Assembly: GCA_023213395.1 (NCBI GenBank)
Contig: CM041465.1
Coordinates: 136,035,741-136,099,740 of the forward strand
Direction: 5' to 3'
DNA length: 64,000 nucleotides
DNA from: Cycas panzhihuaensis
Lineage: Eukaryota; Plantae; Cycadophyta
Notes under the pieces: model-generated
What the model saw: only the letters and a program-made list of their open reading frames with translations
Told to the model about the DNA's origin: nothing
Databases searched by the model: none
Part shown: in pieces, positions 26,835 through 39,399 of the stretch
Layout: each line of letters starts with the position of its first letter
Numbering within the stretch: the stretch's first letter is position 1
Program-made: the position numbers and the translations under genes

Positions 26835-29602
26835 TGTAGAGAGAGTTGTATGGTTTTCAGTCTGTTTCCCGGCTACCAGGAATGGATACGGAGAGGTCGA
26901 CTCAGGTAAGTGCAGGTATGTTTCTCACCTTATTTATGCTTTTTGTGAGGAGTATTTGCTCGCATACTAGATGCCTTCTTGTAGATAGTTTGCACCATCT
27001 ACACCCTTTTAGCCTATGACGACTATAATGGGGGTATACTTCTAGCAAGTGTGGCACCCTGGTGGCCGCGTCGCCTCCCGCAATCTGCCCTACTCCCCTT
27101 AAGGTTTACCTGACTCATGTAAATGATTGATTGTTGTGTTGATTTATCGCCACTCGCCTCATCAGAAGGCCCCAGAGCCCCTTAATTATTTTTTGTGTGG
27201 TTCCTAGTCCTCTGCTCCTAGGCAAGTAGACCCACCCCCTGCCAGCCTCCTAGTACCCTAGTCCACAGCCCCGGATGGCTGTTTGGGCCAGTTTGGTCTT
27301 CTAGTCCCGCACCACGATAAATTTCACAGTATCGCGAAGTTTACCGTGGTGTGGCTATTATAATTTATTTTGTAAAACTGCCATGGTAATTCTCGCATTT
27401 ATTGTAGAATTGCCATGTGTCCTTCGACCCACCTCAGCGCTAACTGAGCCCTAATTGCTCGATTAGGATTGGGGCTGAGTATTTAAGCCCATCTCAACTC
27501 ATGTTTAGGATCTTTTGACTCTTTTTGGAAGGAATACAAAGGAAAAATGCCCTGCTCTCTACTCTGTTCTTCTGCTCTACTACATTTCCAGGACCTACAA
27601 CTACTCCTCTACATCCAACTCTCCTTACGCTTCATTGTGACATCCTTACAGCTCATTGCACGCCCCGAAGAGGGCCTCCTTGAGGAGTTTTCAGGGTCTC
27701 TTTGCCCAGGCAATCACTGAGTGGTCCCAGAAGCAGGATTTCCCTTAGCCACCTGAGCAGGGGCTCCATACCTGCTGTATCTCAGCCTTTTCTCAGGTTT
27801 TTCAGCGTCTTCTCAGCAGGCTTTTGCAGAGGCAAATGCTTCCCCACTTTCTCTCGAGGTATTTATTGATTTAAAGTCATTTCTTTACTCAGTTTATGCC
27901 CAGATTTATGTGTGTTTGTTACTAGTTTTCTTCTCCTTGTTTCAAGAGTTTGTTCCTTGCTTTCTCTTTAATTTTTCTCTGTTGCTTGAGCCTCTTCTCC
28001 TACGTTTCACACCTAAGACAGTGGCCAAAGAGGACTCCATAGGGTTTGGGATAGAGCTGGGTGGATTCTGTACCACCTTTGCGCTCCCTAAGAGGCTTCC
28101 GCCCTCCAAACCCTCCTCTTTTGCCCCCGTGCTATCCGTGGAGTGGGCAAAGGATTAAAGGACCGTTTCTAGCTATTGAAACTAGCATTTGCACCTGCTG
28201 GAATGCTGGTTTGTAGGCCCATTTCTCTCATCTGGGTAATGCATAAGCCCTGGAAGCTCTTCCTAGCTCGACCCTTCTCTCAGTGGCCTAGTTTACTCCC
28301 TGTAGTACTCTGGCCCATTGAGGACTTCCTTGGGCTCTTTTACACTTTTCTTGCCCCTGTTCAAATATATCTGACCATACCCTCATTGCCCTGTGGCTTC
28401 TTGAGGGAGGGTAGGGTTTCCCTTTGCGGGAAGTGGGTCACTCCGAGGCTCACCTATTTACATACCTTCCATTTGGGTATTTTTTTACTATAATTCATTA
28501 TTGTAACCTTGTGATTTATGAGTACTAACATATATGTATAGAGATTTAGTTTTGGCATATGCATATATATATGTTTTTGGTGCTCCTTCTTGTGTTGCTA
28601 GCCTCCTTTCTCTGGAAGGGAATCTTTGCACTTACTTGTAGGTGAAAGGAAGACGCAAGGAACTTCTCCTCCCTTCTATCTCCTAGGTAAGTGCATTTAT
28701 TTGTATTCTATCATAGCATTTTATTTTCCGCTATTACTTTCCTTTTCATTTTCGGCACTTTAGTGTTGCTTTCCGGGGAAGGTAAGGAAGCCCCACACTT
28801 CACCCTACCGCGACCCTCCACCGTTGCTTCGTGGAACGATTTGGACATCTTATGGAAGTGTCACTACTTCGACCATGCCTTCATCCTGGGTATGCACCCT
28901 TGCTTCGTTTCACTTTCTCTCTTTTTGAAAAGGTTTGCATAGTAGTAATTAGACAACATAAAAGAAAAAGGGAATCAACTCTTTTTTGTCTACATTTTGT
29001 ATGTTATATCTCACATACCATGCCTATTTTAGGAAAGGGCTCTTAGGAAGTTTTTCCCTTAGCCTTTCCCCTTAGCTTGTAAACTTTGCCTTTGCTCCTT
29101 TGGCTTATCGTATTTGATTTGGTTTACTTGCGCATACCTTGGCACCCTCGCTTCTCTTGGTTGCACCCTCAAGGGGGGGAACTTTGGATCGATTGATCGT
29201 TCCCACTCCCTTCCTCTTCTCTTAGTTTCCTTTGCTTAGCCGAATAACCGAGAAGGTCTTAGTCATAGGCTATTCGCTTATCTTGCTCCCATTTGCTTCC
29301 CTCAGCCTTAGGGAAACCTTCGAGGATCCTCTTCCTCCCCTTCCGGCCACCCAAGGGTGGGAGGACTCTCCTCCAGAATCTATCCAGGCTACCTTTTCAC
29401 CTTCCCTCTTCCTAATCGAAGTGGGGAACCACCCTTAGGTAGTTGGGTATCATCCGTAGGTCCCGAACACGCGCTCCGATGCACGGGGTGCCCTGCGTGG
29501 TATTCGCCTTGCTTGTAGGTTCCTATCTGCACTCCTATATCGTCATCGATTATCTTCGTCATTCCTACTTAGCTAGGTGGTTATCCCGTAGACACACATC
29601 CA
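26835..29602 (+). repeat. Putative ~2.77-kb 5' LTR of element F
   Basis: Non-coding GC-rich segment ending in CA just before the PBS, with TATA-like TATTTAAG at ~27479. No second copy is present to confirm the boundaries. Confidence 0.65.
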
Positions 29603-29603
29603 C

Positions 29604-29622
29604 TAGCGACCATACTGGGGAC
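29604..29622 (+). promoter_or_regulatory. Primer-binding site, Arg-tRNA type (degenerate)
   Basis: TAGCGACCATACTGGGGAC versus the Ogre-type PBS TGGCGACTCTGCTGGGGAC (15/19 matches). Confidence 0.75.
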
Positions 29623-29769
29623 TTGCCAGTAAGGGAGCTAGTCTTCATCCCTTCCTGTTGGTGTTGCTTCCTTCTAGTGGTTCCTTCCAATCGATCTCCT
29701 TCATTGGGCAACCCCCAACGTGCACTCCTTGTGGTCCTTTCTTTCTTCTAAAGTGTTGGTAAGCTTTGT

Positions 29770-32700
29770 ATGCGATGCTTCTCTCATCGCCTACGTGGTT
29801 TACCTCCATTATTAGAAGATCTCGGGTATCGTCCTCTTTCATCGTCGGATTCTGATTCGACCATGGAAGGGTACCCTTCTGATTGGTCCTATCATGCATT
29901 TGCTTCGGGAACTCATGAGTTCCCCTCCTCTATTCCGAGATCCACCCAAGAGGGTCACGATCTTATCTACTACCCAGGTAATCAGCATCACCCCCTTGAC
30001 ATCATTCCTTCTACCCATGCAGTAGAAGACCCATCTTCTCTTGAGGTTCACCCTTCGATTGGTGATTCTTACGAGGAGTGCCCTGAGTGGTCTATGTCAT
30101 TCGAGGTCCCATCTACCTCTTATGGTCACATAGATACCCCTCCCACTGACGTGGTTGAAGCTATTAGTGAGTGCTTTTGAGTGGCTCATCTTCAATTGTG
30201 TCCCAGGTGGTTTGAAGACGTTTTGCGTGGTGGAGCGTCTTCTTCATCCACTCCTTTACCACCTTCTTCATCCGTACCTGCCCCTCCTACTATGAGTAAC
30301 CCTTTCATTCCAACGCATTCGTCCCATTCTGTTCCTACACCAATCTTAGGGACAAATGTTGCGCCTTCTATCCCTCATTATGATCCTAGTTCTTCAGGAC
30401 CCTCTTGTGGTATGTCTTTCCCTCAATTGGGGGTTAGCATACCCTTTCCTAGTCAAGCTAATGTGCCACCCCCTAATGTGGCGCATGCATTCCCTAATAG
30501 GCATATTGGTCCTATTAGCTCTTTAGTTGCTAGTCATGTGGGACCCGCTCCCACATATCCCCAAAATCAACCTAGTGGTTCTTCCCTTTACATACCCCCA
30601 GGTTACATCTCTCAACCTTGGGGATAGGGTAAAGGGAACAACATTCCAGCTTATGGTGTGGATCTGCTACACCCATATGGGGTTGCACCACCCACGGGTG
30701 GCCTGTATGGGCAAAACCCTGTCCCACACCCCTCTTTTCTGCCATCCGGCATAGTGCCATACGCCACGCCTTTGCAAGGGAACCAAGCTCCCTTCCAAGG
30801 TGCCTATCCTCAAGTCCCTTTTTAACAAGGGGCGCTTCCCCAAGGGGGGATGGGTTTACCACCCCCATCCGCACCTTGCTCGTTACCATTTTTTGATCCT
30901 ACGGCCCATGCAAGGGCGCGCCCCTTCATGGATTATAGATCAACGCCATTATCCGTTGAGGCGTTAAGAACCAACTTACTGCCTCACCCTCCCGAAGTTC
31001 CTAAATTTGATGGAATTTCCTCGCAGGACCCAGTAGAGCACGTCCGTAGTTTTTCTATGGGGGTATTGATTACTGGGCCTATGACCACATCTTGATGAAA
31101 CTATTCCCTCAATCTTTACAAGGCGATGCCCTTAAGTGGTTTTATCACCTTCCCACTCATTCCATTTTCTCGTTCCAGTAACTTGTGGACGAGTTCATCA
31201 ATTACTTTGATGTTGCTCGCCCATTTAAAAGTGGAATGAAAACTCTTCTATCGCTCAAACAAAGTCATGATGAGATGAATTGTGACTTTGTGCAATGATT
31301 TCATGACCTTCTTCACTCCACTAAGGCCACGTTGCCTGAGGAGTTGAAGAGGGACCTTTTCGATAATGCACTTCACCCCGAAGTACATGTGGAAGTCCTT
31401 AAAATGGGGGCGACTATATGCAACTCTGTGATTGTAAAATGCTTAGTGCTTGAGGCTATTGAGATCCAAGTCGGACTCAAGATGCCTCTCAAGCCCTCAC
31501 AGCAACATGAGGCACCACCTCCAACTAAAGATACTAAACCACAACAGTCTTCTAGGTCTTCTTCTCATCCAACTGATAAGACCCTAGATCCACTTACATC
31601 CGTTATACGTTCATTCGAACGTACGATGAAGGAACTCAAATTATAAGCTCCTTCATCCCCAACTTCTAATAAACAATTTCAGCAAGCTACCCAAGCTTCC
31701 CTCCCTAGGAATGGTAATGCCCAGTCCTCTCAAGCAAGGACACCTGATTCCTCACTTGAGAAGAAGTGGTGTTCCATTCATGGGGAGTGCTTCTATGATG
31801 ACTCACGTTATAGGGCCCAGCATCCCAAGGATGCCCCTTAACATGACTCCTCCCCTAAACGGGCCTCAAGGCCTAATCTAGACCAACTGATCCATAAGGA
31901 TCCACTCCCTAAACATGGGAAACGTGATCGTAACACTTAACCCAAGAACAACCAAAATTGGGGGAGATCACTGAATTCCCGTCCTTCCCACGATAAAGGG
32001 AAGGGCACCCGAGATTCGTCCTCTTCCTCTCATTCCTCTAACCAATGCACTCCATCACCTTTGCAGTCTCGGAATAAGGGAAAGAAGGTGATTCAAATGC
32101 TTGAGGCTACTCCTTTGTATGCCCTTACTCAGTCTCAAGCAGCCAAAGAAGCAACTGATGCTTCTTCTTCTACTCCTTCCAATCCTCTTCTGGAGAACCC
32201 TCCTCCAGAAGTGTCTCTTTTTTCCCAAGGCCATTCCCGTGCATCTTGGTTGTTACGATTTTTGAAGGGCGCTTACCCAACCTACTATGAAGGGTAAGCC
32301 CTTCTCTATCGTTGACGAGCTCCATACTGTCACTGCGGGAATGTCCTTTATGGATGTTCTAAGGAGCTGCCTCGAGCAACAAGCTCTCCTTTTGAAAGCT
32401 TTAGGATCAAATGACGCACCCATCTACGCTTTGGGTGTCACCCAAAGTCATGAACCTATTATTTCTTTTGATTCTAAGGACCTTCCTCCCACGCGTGAAA
32501 GGGAACATTAGTGGAACTTCCCATTCACCATTACCATTGATACACCTAACTGTATCTTGCAAAGGACTTTTGTCGACAATGGTTCTTTCGTGAATGCCAT
32601 GCCCTTGTGTGTTATGCAAGAGCTTGGTATTTCCACCTTGGAACCTGTTCCATGGCGATGCCAAGGCTACGACAGTAGCGAAAAGACCCAATTGGGATCT

Positions 32701-35700
32701 ATCGCGATCCCGCTCACTCTCAAGGACAAGACCATCCTCACTGACATTGTAGTCCTCGACATCGACGTCAACTACAACCTTCTCTTAGGTCGACCATAGC
32801 TTGACTAGATGGGAGCCGTGTATTCGACCCTCTAGGGGCAACTTAAATTTATCCATGATGGACGAATGAGGGTTGTTTCCCACGAACGCCCACCTGCCAA
32901 ACAAACTCGTCCTGTCAATTAGGTAAGTTAAGGCCCTTCTACTCATGCCTCGACTAGCTCCATTAGTATACCTAATCCATCTCACACCGAAGAAGATCCT
33001 GCATCTTCTTCTCCTAGTCTCACGTGCTTCGCTCCTATTGGCGTTGGGAGCTATGGGTACCTCACCTCGTTTAGTGACGACAAGTCTCATGATGAGGACG
33101 AGGATTGTCTTCACCCCGTTTCTTTCCTCTGCACTAGTAGGTTGCGCCCATCCCATTCTAGATCCCCATCTAGAACCTTTCTCATGGGTAGGACTAGCCA
33201 CTCTTCTATGTCACATGTCATCACTCGTATTGACTCATCCGCAATTGGTTCTTCCTCTTCATCACCCCCCACAGGTGATGGCTTCGAGGAACTCTCTTTC
33301 GCTCCTTCCGAGGAGCCCCTTCAAGACTCTCTCCTAGAGTCTCCTGAGGAAGACGGGCAACCCGACGACCATCACAGTCTTGTTGTTCCCACTTCCTCTA
33401 GCACTTCATCTATTCAGAGTAAGGTCATCCATGGGGTGGATTACTTCGAAGATGATGAAGCCTTACTCGAGCACCTAGCGGGCTTCATGCCTAACTTGCC
33501 TTCTGGTCACCATAGGCCTGGTCACCAAAAGATCCTTGTGATTGGGTCCACACTGGTTGACCCAATCCCATCCCCTATTCCATCTCTTCCCGTTGACCTT
33601 GACCCCTTCCATTTTGAGGAGGGGAACACCATGTGTATGGGGGCAACCCAGGACATAGTCTTGGCCCCTAGTAAGGTCATTAAGGTTGGGATGGAATGCT
33701 CTCCTAATGAGGTAAGGGAGTACTCCCTCTTGTTCCAAGAGTTTCGGGACGTCTTTGCATAGGATTATTCTGACATGAAGGGAATTGATCCCTCCATTGT
33801 CACTCATAATCTCACCACCATTCCTGGTGCCTGTCCCATGCGCCAGAAGCTGTGTCCTCTCCACCCTAAGCTCTCGGCCGTCGTTAAGATGGAGGTCGAA
33901 AAGCTATTGGATGTTAGACTTATCACTTCTATTGATTACTCCAAGTGGGTATCCAATATTATTCCCATTACTAAAAATAATAGGACGATCTGAATATGCG
34001 TTGATTTTTGCGGCATTAATAACGCATGTCCCAAAGATAACTTCCTACTCCCCTTTATCGATTAAATCATCGATCGAACCGCTAGATTCAAAGTTATGTC
34101 CTTGATGGATGGCTTCTCTGGCTACAACCAGATCCAGATATCTCCTGAAGACTGCCACAAGATGGCCTTCACCACCCCGTGGGGTACCTTTACCTATAAG
34201 GTAATGCCCTTCGGTCTTAAAAATGCAGGTGTTACTTATCAAAGAGCAATACATTTCATCTTCCATGACCTCATTGATAACACCTTGGAGGTTTTCATGG
34301 ATGACATGATGGGTCTCTCACGTGTTAGGGCCTATCATCCCTCCAACTTGCGCGCTATCTTCACGCGATGCCGCAAGTATCATGTTAGCCTAAACCCGCT
34401 CAAGTGTGTGTTTGCCATCACTTCAGGCAAATTCCTTGGATTTCTTGTGTCAAAGAAAGGAATTCAGATTGACCCTGACAAAGTCAAGGTAATCTTTGAT
34501 ATGCCGCCTCCTAGAACGCAACGACAGATCAAGTCATTTCTAGGTAGGCTCGGTTTCCTTAGGCATTTTTGGTAGACTTCGCCATAAATGCCAAACCCCT
34601 TACCAACCTATTAAAGAAAGAAGCCCTATTTATTTGGTTGATTAAGGCCCAACAAGCCTTCGAAGGACTCAAGGAAGCCCTCGCTTCCGCTCCTACGCTG
34701 GCACCTCCTCGCTTTGATAGGCCCTTCATCTTCTATACCTCGGTAACCGATGAATCTTTGCGTGCAATACTCACACAAGAGGATGATTCAGGGATTGAGA
34801 GAGTGATCTATTTCATCACCATACCCTCATGGCTGCCAAGCTTAATTATGCCTCCACCCAGAAGGAATATCTCTCCTTGGTCCATGCAACCAAGAAGTTC
34901 AGACATTATTTGCTCGAAAACACCACCAAGGTGATTGTCCCATCTGATCCCTTGCATTTCTTACTTACTCGTTCAGACTTGACCGGTAGGACTGGTCGTT
35001 GGGCCATCCTGCTCCAAGAGTTTAACCTTTAAATCATTAACAGGAAGTTGAAGAAGGGAATGATAGTGGTAGAGCAACTAGCTGATGCCCCCATTCCCAA
35101 TGCGTGTGACGTTCCCATTGATGATTCTCTCCCTGATGAGTCTATCCTGACCCTCTAGGGTACCTCTCCTCATCCGCTTACTAATAGCGAGTGGTATGGC
35201 AACATTGTGCGATATCTCACTCAATAGCAATATCGCCTCGAAAGAACAAAGTCGGTCGCACATCCGCGCCTAACGCTGCACAATACTTTCTCGTAGATGA
35301 AGTGTTGTACAAAAGATCCTTTAATAGGATCCTTCTTTGCTGCATCACTTTGGATGAAGCGGACTAGTTACTCCACGAATGCCATCATGGCATTTGTGGG
35401 GGCCACTTTAGGGGCCAATCCATGGCCCAAAGGATCCTCCACATGGGCTATTATTGGCCATCCCTTTTCAAGGATGCCCATGCATACGCCCTGAGATGTC
35501 GGCGATGCTAAGAGCACACCAACATCTCTCACGTGCCTTCCGAGGCCCTCCATCCTATCATATCTCCATGGCCCTTTGCTCAATGGGGTTTAGACCTCAT
35601 TGGTGCCATGTCACCACCTTCTTCATTGTAGCATAAGTACATCTTGACTGCCATGGAGTATTTCATAAAATAGGCAAAGGCAATCCCTCTGTCTACTACG

Positions 35701-36460
35701 CCTAGCAAGACGATAGCCACCTTCGTCTATCAACACATTATTTGCCGTTCTAGGATCCCAGATGTCTTGATCATAGATAATGGGACCCCCTTTTGTAATA
35801 AGGATATGGATGAGCTTTGCGAGAAGTTCAAGATTTCTCATAAGACCTCATCTCCTTATTATCCTCAAACAAACAGACAAGTTGAATCATTCAACAAGAC
35901 CCTTATTAATATTCTAAAGAAAACTGCCATGCAATCTCAAAGAGATTGGCATCTTCAGCTCCCTTCTACCCTGTAGGTGTACCGTACTTCTATCTGTATG
36001 GCTACTGGAATAACACCATTCTCCGTATGACTACTGGAATGACACCATTCTCCTTAGTCTACGGAACCGAGGTGGTACTCCCACTGGAAGTGGAGATCCC
36101 CTCTCTACAAGTCTCCCTTAGAGGTCTTATCGATGAGGAGTCTATCCATCTGGCTCGCCTCTTAGACCTCGAGGCTCTAGATGAGAGACGTTTAGTGGCT
36201 TACCAAGCAAACCTTACTTCAAAAGCTTGATCACAAAGGACTTATGACAAACATCTTTGTACCTGTCCTTTATACCCTAGGGACTATGTCCTCAAGCTAG
36301 AATATCTCCACAATCACTTAACCAAATTTGGGCCCAAATGGATCAATCCCTTTGTTGTTCTCGAGAGTCTCAATAACGACGCTTATAGAATTGCCACCTT
36401 GGAAGGCCTGGAATTTGAGAAGATGATCAATGGAAAGTTCCTCAAGAAATTTTATGCATG
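29770..36460 (+). pseudogene. gag-pol pseudogene of element F
   Basis: Pro/Ser-rich N-terminus, gag core ~30990-31646, PR 32557-32799, RT 33775-34575, RH ~34700-35032, INT ~35330-36460. Numerous TAG/TAA/TGA stops at Trp, Gln and Arg codons. Confidence 0.93.
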
Positions 36461-37129
36461 ATCCTCTTGGCGATTCCTTCGCCACACTCCAGAATGAGTC
36501 TAAACTACCGCCCTAAGCTTGTTCGCATTCCCCCTAGCCTTAGGTGGAATGGATGGCTTAGGTCCTCATTCTTTTTTGTTCCTTCTGTGGGACCGTTATT
36601 CCCTCTTTCTTGGGAACCTCGCCTCCCTATTTGGGCATTCCCCAATTAGGGCAACTCTTGGGGTGTCGTCACTCCCTCCCATCACTATTTCCTTTGCATA
36701 TCCCGCTATGCTCCCGCGTGGACATGCATGTCACTATGTCTCTTGGCCTCGTGTGTATCCATCACTGCTACTCGTGGTGATCGGTGCGTCCTCACTAGAT
36801 ATATGGTCCTGCATAAAATGAAATATGTATCTAGTTCATAATGAATAACACATCACACCCACATCAAAAACAAGCATAACTCTAGCTATGCGATAGTCAA
36901 AACACCACCTACTACATCATCATGCATCCGTGCATACTCACACTTACATACATATACTCTCATATGTACACACCAAGACCAAAACATCATAAAAATACAT
37001 ATCCATTGTGCATCCATTATAATGTATACCACAAACACCATCTCATGCGTCAAATGGGATACCAATCACCCAATCTATATACACAAAATCAATCCTCATA
37101 ACATATAAATGATAGTACATCATCCATGG

Positions 37130-39134
37130 TAAGTCGGTGTCCTTACAGGGGGGGTACAATCATATGTCTTTACATGGTAACCCCTTGGAGGCCCGTGCTT
37201 TCCCTCATCATGTCCTAACATACATCATACCCTACTGTTGCCCCTCTCTGGGGGCGTCACCTCCTGGTCGGTGTGATCCCTCTCCTGGGGACCACATGCC
37301 TCCTAGGCTCCTCCGTAGCCTCCAGGAGCTCCCTGCCTCGCTCCCCTCATCGCGTGGCCTCCTCGGTGTCATTGCCGCTATGTAGGTATGTGTCCTGCTC
37401 GGGCTTGACCTTGATGCCACCTGATCCACCAGTTAATCGTATCAAGCCTGGATACGATCTCTCTCACCCTCTACTCCCCAGAGTCTCTCCTCCATGCTCC
37501 AGAACTTCTCCTCCATCCCTCGAAGATGCTCCTCCAAGATTGCCATTCGTATCCTGCCCTTTGCATCTCCGCCGGCTCCTCCCTGAACCTCTAGTGCTTG
37601 TACGTGACTCTGCAGTGTGTCTCGCTCACCCTGAGTCTCGTCCAGCTCTCGCTGCAATGGTTCCCTGAATGCCACGTGCTCTTGGGACTCTGCAGCCAAT
37701 ATATCCCTCGCCCTCGCCAATGGGACGAATGATGCCATGTGGGCACCAGTTAATCTGGGTGCATCCTCAGCCTGGATGGGTGGCTGCCGCTCTGCGTACA
37801 CCTAAGGGAACATCTCCCTCACCATAGCCTCCACCAACCGCCGGATCTCTGTGGTACATGCAAATCCAACATGCTATATGTCAATATATATATCTGGTCA
37901 CATACTAAACCGAAACCAAATCACAGCGTGTGGGCATCTGGCTATCAAACAATGAGGAAAGTAAGGCCTCACCTGCTGCGGCCATTGGCTCCTCCGCCTA
38001 TACAATGGTCTCTGCCCCTGGCACTCCACCAGCTGCCGGGGCCTCCTCCTCTGGCACCTCCTCTGCAACTGCCTCCACTGCTGGAGCCTACGTCCCTCCC
38101 TCTGCTGGTGGAGCTGTCCCCCTGGGTCTCTCCACGATCCTCAATCTCTAAGCTTGTGTCACAGATCCCCTCATCTTTTGGGCAGTCCCTGATGGACCTG
38201 CCTTCTCTATAGCTCGTGATGGGCCGGCCCCATCTCCTCCATCTCCCCTATCGCCGCCATCATCGTCTCTGGGGGTAGCCCCTACCACTCATGCCTCCTT
38301 GTCACTATCCTATTTCATTGATCAGTAGGGATCTGAGGTGTAGTCAGTCATAGTAAGGAGATCTAGTGACGTAGCGTCCATGGACCTCCTGACGTGTGCT
38401 TGATCCTCAACTCCCCTGAACTAGGTATGCCACCTGTGTACCATGCGTGTCCACTCTGATATGGAGTGTGGTCCTCCTGATGGTGCCACTGTCGCAAAAT
38501 GATCAAAGAACCAGCACTGCAATAATGTGCTATATGACAATCCACCTCTGTCTGCTGCCCTGATAACGTCCAGCTGAGTGATGAGGTTCACCACTATGAA
38601 GGTGGCACAATCCAAACGCTCCCTAGCCTTGCACCTTCGTACTGCAACGATCCAGCCGCCTGGGATATCTCTATAGTTCTGCTTCTGGGATATCCAGAAC
38701 AGAAGGCATAAAGTGATCAGCTTCCTCACACGAGGAATCCTAGACATCACCATACTCTGTAGAGGCACTCCTCGCCTCTCCCACCTATCCTGGCCCATAA
38801 AAAACATAGCCGCCTCTCGATGGGCCGCCTCGTTACTAGGCAATGCTCCTAGCGAGGCTGGCCTCCCTATCGCTGGCACTCCTAGGATCTGTTGGATGTC
38901 TCTGGGTGTCATCATCACGTCCCCTACTTAGGGCAGATGGAACACGTGTCTCCGCCTGTCCCAATGAGATACTATATCGACCAGCAACCTCTAATCTGAC
39001 ATATACTGAGGTGTCCTCATCACCTTCAGCAACCCGCATCTCTGTAGGACTCCCCTGTCCTCCCTACTTATCATCTCTATGAAACTTAGCATGGCCATCT
39101 CGATGTTTTCGCGGTTCTCCACCGTGGTCACAAC
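37130..39134 (-). pseudogene. Antisense extra gene of element F: Plant Mobile Domain (MAIN/MAIL-like) plus C-terminal coiled coil, probably spliced
   Basis: One frame from 39134 reads ...LQRCGLLKVM..D*RLLVDIVSHWDRRRHVFHLP*VGDVMMTPRDIQQILGVPAIG...ERLDCATFIVVNLITQL...LLQCWFFDHF, matching the PMD motifs (ERW...HTFHLP.GE.TITL.DV..ILGLP..G; LLQ.W..E). Coiled-coil-like ORF at 37442-37801. Confidence 0.85.
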
Positions 39135-39399
39135 CTGCAAAACGCCGTCAAACGTGTTAGATCTTAGCCTGCACTTGGCTCTCTATCCCTTTAACTACCT
39201 ATTAGCTCCACCTAATCAAGATTTGGGGCCCATCGGGCCCCCATCTCTATTTTTCTGTGATTCTACCTTCACACCGCGCTAAACTTCACGGTACCGTGGA
39301 GTTTAGCCAGGTCCCGAGGTGATTGGAGCCCCGTGGCAAAGATCGCGGCACCGTGGCAAAGTTAAGCTTATCCCATTATCCTAGGATGGTAAAGAAAAT

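Larger units (their letters stand above)
26835..39375 (+). mobile_element. Tat/Ogre-like Ty3/Gypsy element F: long 5' LTR, gag-pol, antisense PMD gene; 3' LTR missing
   Basis: Abrupt GC-rich block. Arg-tRNA-like PBS at 29604-29622. Gag PEVPKFDG..DPVEHV, protease FVDNGS, Tat-type RT (FRDVFA*DYSDMKGIDPSIVTH, MDGFSGYNQI, FMDD), RNase H, and integrase ending at 36460. The left boundary is approximate. Confidence 0.92.

Noticed and set aside
29604-29622. tRNA gene fragments at PBS sites
   Set aside because: Only 11-19 nt complementary to tRNA 3' ends; these are primer-binding sites, not tRNA genes.
27910-29751. ORFs in the LTR of F as an Ogre-type 5' extra ORF
   Set aside because: They lie almost entirely upstream of the PBS, are short and in mixed frames, and show no motif.
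32923-33274. Ogre-style intron between protease and RT (AG|GTAAGT at 32923, strong acceptor at 33274)
   Set aside because: Splicing these sites shifts the frame and hits a stop at 33337. The unspliced spacer is already in frame with PR and RT apart from decay-type stops. An in-frame acceptor at 33417 exists but is weak.
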